Positions 60,990-64,000 of a DNA stretch of 64,000 nt are shown piece by piece. The stretch is from the human T2T-CHM13v2.0 reference genome, Homo sapiens: the NCBI RefSeq assembly GCF_009914755.1, contig NC_060947.1. One strand, written 5' to 3'. The number at the start of each line of letters is the position of its first letter. Positions within the stretch are counted from its first letter, which is position 1. A program made the position numbers and the translations under genes. The notes below the pieces were generated by a model, which saw only the letters and a program-made list of their open reading frames with translations, ran no database searches and was not told the DNA's origin.

Positions 60990-62790
60990 TATTTGTCTTT
61001 CACAGTAACAAACAAGACAGGACAGAAAAGAAACTGAGGATCAATACCAAAAATGAAACCATGTTACTGAAGTGAAGACAGAAGCAAAGCTCAAGATAGG
61101 AGAAATGATAGCAATATATCACTAAGTCTCTTTCTGCAGCTACAGCTCTCCAACTCAGACAAATTAAAACTAAGGGACTTGAAAGAATTTGCTGATTGAG
61201 TTGTGGAACCACTGTCAGTAACTTTAAACAAATTATGAAAGTCTGTAAAGATGTCAAAAAATTGGAGAGGTAGATTTCAGAAGTTGTAGGCAGGTAAGAT
61301 TTAACCTCAATGCTTCTAAAAAGTCAAGAATGTAATATTGTAAATGGTTTGTGTATACTTAGAAGAGATCTGGGAGGCAGCAAAGGCCTGTTGGAAACAA
61401 CTCATACCAAAGGAGTCTGATTTCCATTCTGGATGGGGTAACTTGGTAGGTAGAAAAAGGAATGCTCCAGATATTGCATCTCAACAAGTCATTTGACAAA
61501 GTGTCTCATAATACCTGAGTCAATAGGATGGGAAATGAGAGCTGAATACCAGAATTAGGTGGAATGAACAACAGAACCCAAACAGTGTTAATTTATGTTG
61601 CTCTGGAAAGAGTTATTGAATGTTGCGCTATAGAGCTCTGTTCATGATCCTGTTCTCTTTTGCAATTTTATTTTTTTTTAGATGAAGACACAGAAGGCAA
61701 GTTTATCATATATGTAAAAGGAAAAAGTTGGGAAAGGCAGTTAACATTCTGAATGATTAACTCAAAATTGTAAAAGATGTTGAATATTTATTTAGAACAA
61801 AATATAATTTTACAAAAATGCTAGAAAAATGGTGGGAACTTTTGTAAGAGCAGAGTTAAAAAAATAGACTAAGCATCCCCACCCAGAAAAAAGAAGAAAA
61901 ATAAAAATGGCATGCAATGGATACGAAGAAACTTAATAGGTGCACATGTCAAGTTCTGTATTTAGTTTTGAAAATCAGAGACCTGAGACTTGATAGCACT
62001 TCATAGGGAAACAATCTAGGAATTTTACTGATGAGAAGCAGCCTTTGAATCAATTAATAAAACAAAATGAAACAAAACAAAAAAGCTAATGCAATCTTAG
62101 GTGGCACTAGTAAAAGCCTAGTATCCAGATCTGTAAAATCAGGGTAATAATAATAATAATACCTTCCTCATAAGATTTTTGCAAGTATTAAATGAGAAAA
62201 TTCCTGTAAAACACTTAGGAGTGGTTTAAGTGTATGCATTCAATGAATATGTTATTATTACTAAAAAGATATATGATAGTCCTGCTTTACTTGTGCAAAA
62301 TCACATCTAGAAGAGTATGTCCATGTAGGGGATAATGAGGAGGGTAGAAGTATCAGAACAAATGTGAGGACTAGAGAAAACTTGGATGGAGAAGATAAGA
62401 TAATGGCAGTCTTCCAAAATATTAAGGGCTTGTAAAGAAGAATTAGATTTACCCTTCATGACTCTAAGCATTACCAATAGGAGAAATAAGCAAAATGCAC
62501 AGAGACTTATTTTAGATCTATAAGAACAAATTTCCTAATAATCAGAGTTATTCAAAATTGAAATGGACTGTTCAGGAAGTGGTGAGTTTCTTGTCACTTG
62601 TGGTGTTTGGACAAAGGCCTGGCAGGAAACTCCATAAAGGGCATTCTTGCATGGGATGTATCTATGCATGAATCCATTTATTAAGATTGTTATGAAACAA
62701 TTAGTTAACAGAAACCAGCCGTGGGTCAACAATCTGATAAACTCTAGTGGACATCTAAGGTTCTTTCCAACTCAATGACTGCATGATTTT
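60990..62790 (+). mobile_element. L3/CR1 LINE fossil (RT region to 3' end)
   Basis: CR1-type motifs GAAAGAATTTGCTGA...GAACCACTGTCAGTAA, CATTTGACAAAGTGTCTCAT, GCTAATGCAATCTTAGG, TGGTGAGTTTCTTGTCACT, AAGGTTCTTTCCAACTC. Confidence 0.7.
62128..62262 (+). mobile_element. MIR SINE fragment within L3
   Basis: ATCTGTAAAAT..GGGTAATAATA...ACCT..CTCATAAG...ATTAAATGAGA....TGTAAAACACTTAG. Confidence 0.75.
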
Positions 62791-62804
62791 GAAGAAACAG
62801 GTAT

Positions 62805-63151
62805 AAGCTGTTCCTGACATGGGATTTTTTGATTTCATAATGGTGCAAAAGCAATATGCATTCAGTAGAAATGGTACGTAGAATTTTGAATTCTGGCCTT
62901 TTTCCAGACTAGCAACATGAAGTAGGATACTCCTGTGATGCTGGGCAGTGGCAGCCAGCCACAGCTCCCAATCAGTCACTCGATCATGAGAGTAAGCAAC
63001 TGATCTGTAGGCTAATGTAAGCTTTCTTAACATGTTTAACATAGTCTAGGTTTGATAGTTTAGGTGTATTAAATGCATTGATTTTCAATATTTTCAACTT
63101 ACAATGGGTTTACTGAGATGTAACCTTATTAAAAATCAAGGAATAACTGTA
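62805..63151 (-). mobile_element. MER47-like (Tigger family) DNA transposon
   Basis: ATGCATTCAGTAGAAA, GGGCAGTGGCAGCCAGCCACAGCTCCCA, TAGGTGTATTAAATGCATT, TTTTCAACTTACAATGGGTTTA, terminal CTGTA. Confidence 0.7.
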
Positions 63152-64000
63152 TCTTCAGCTTCTAGAGAAGATTGCTAAGCACCATGTAGAGGTTATTTTT
63201 CTTAGAACTTACCTCTGCTTCTTACTCATAATAGCTCCTACATTGCTTACTGCAAAAGTAAACACCTGCTATACTATTCCATGCTCTGCCCTAGACACCA
63301 ATGCCTCATGAATCACATCAAATACAAGTCTTTACCATCTGAGCAGCATGACTTTATTTATTTTTTTTCCTCAACTCATCTGCAATGCTAGAGGGGCTGT
63401 CCACAGCTTCCAATTCGGGCTTTGCTGCCACTGTGTGATGCTTCATGTTGAAGCAGCATTTTCTTTTCAATGTAAACATTTTTAGAAACACTGTGAGGAG
63501 ATTTCAGTGTAACAAATGTACCAGAATAGCTGTGTCTAGCCTGCTGGGTGAAATCCTTTTTTGAAATAATGTTGGAACAAAGAAATTCATTCCCTGTAAA
63601 TGGGGAGCTAGTTAGTAAATCATATAAACAGTATTCACACCCTGTGTTCCAGACGAGGTGCTCTCCCTGCTGCTGTCAGCAACATTTGCTGCCAAGTCCA
63701 CTAACTACTTTACCCTGACCTTCAGTGGATAAACAATATAATCTTCCATGCTGCATCTCATTAGCATCTGCTAGTCAAGAAAAGCATGTCTGTTTCATAA
63801 TTACATCACGAAAGCATCTTGCTGTATTAGAACAGCAAAGCATTTGAATTAGAAAATGCACTTGTCCAAGATTTCCAAGCCAGTATAAAAGAATTACAAT
63901 TGCCATCATTTTACTTGTTATGTATGTCCGGTATAGAACATGGTCTGATGGTAGAGTGGGAAGAGAAGGTATAAACTGGTCACAATCTTCCATATTTATT

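Noticed and set aside
55217-63993. Short 60-104 aa ORFs in the unique distal region
   Set aside because: Background length for AT-rich DNA, no recognisable domain, many with non-ATG starts, no consistent splice pattern

Overview
This is primate (hominid-like, probably human) non-coding genomic DNA; an AluY-type element and an L1PA2-type LINE-1 support that assignment. It is not prokaryotic, and I see no CRISPR array, rRNA, tRNA or recognisable host coding exon. Every long ORF in the track comes from LINE-1, Alu or MaLR sequence. Bases ~1-34.6 kb are an almost continuous nest of LINE-1s, nearly all on the minus strand. A full-length L1MA2-like element holds a 5'-inverted (twin-primed) L1PA7-like insertion. 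An L1MA5-7-like element holds a near-full-length L1MA3-like element (which holds a truncated L1PA6-like copy) and a full-length but inactivated L1PA2-like element. Bases ~37-49 kb are L2 remnants split by MLT1 LTRs, two complete MaLR proviruses (MSTA-like, THE1A-like) and an internally deleted L1PA. Bases ~49-64 kb are mostly unique AT-rich DNA with old L1M, Alu, ERV1-LTR, L3/CR1, MIR and DNA-transposon fossils. I found no new multi-gene system. The best leads are a candidate recursive-splice or non-coding-exon signal at ~49.6-49.8 kb, an L1 antisense promoter/ORF0 aimed at it, and several base-resolved retrotransposition and repair scars. Subfamily names come from recalled consensus sequences, and boundaries without a TSD are approximate; RepeatMasker/Dfam should confirm both.
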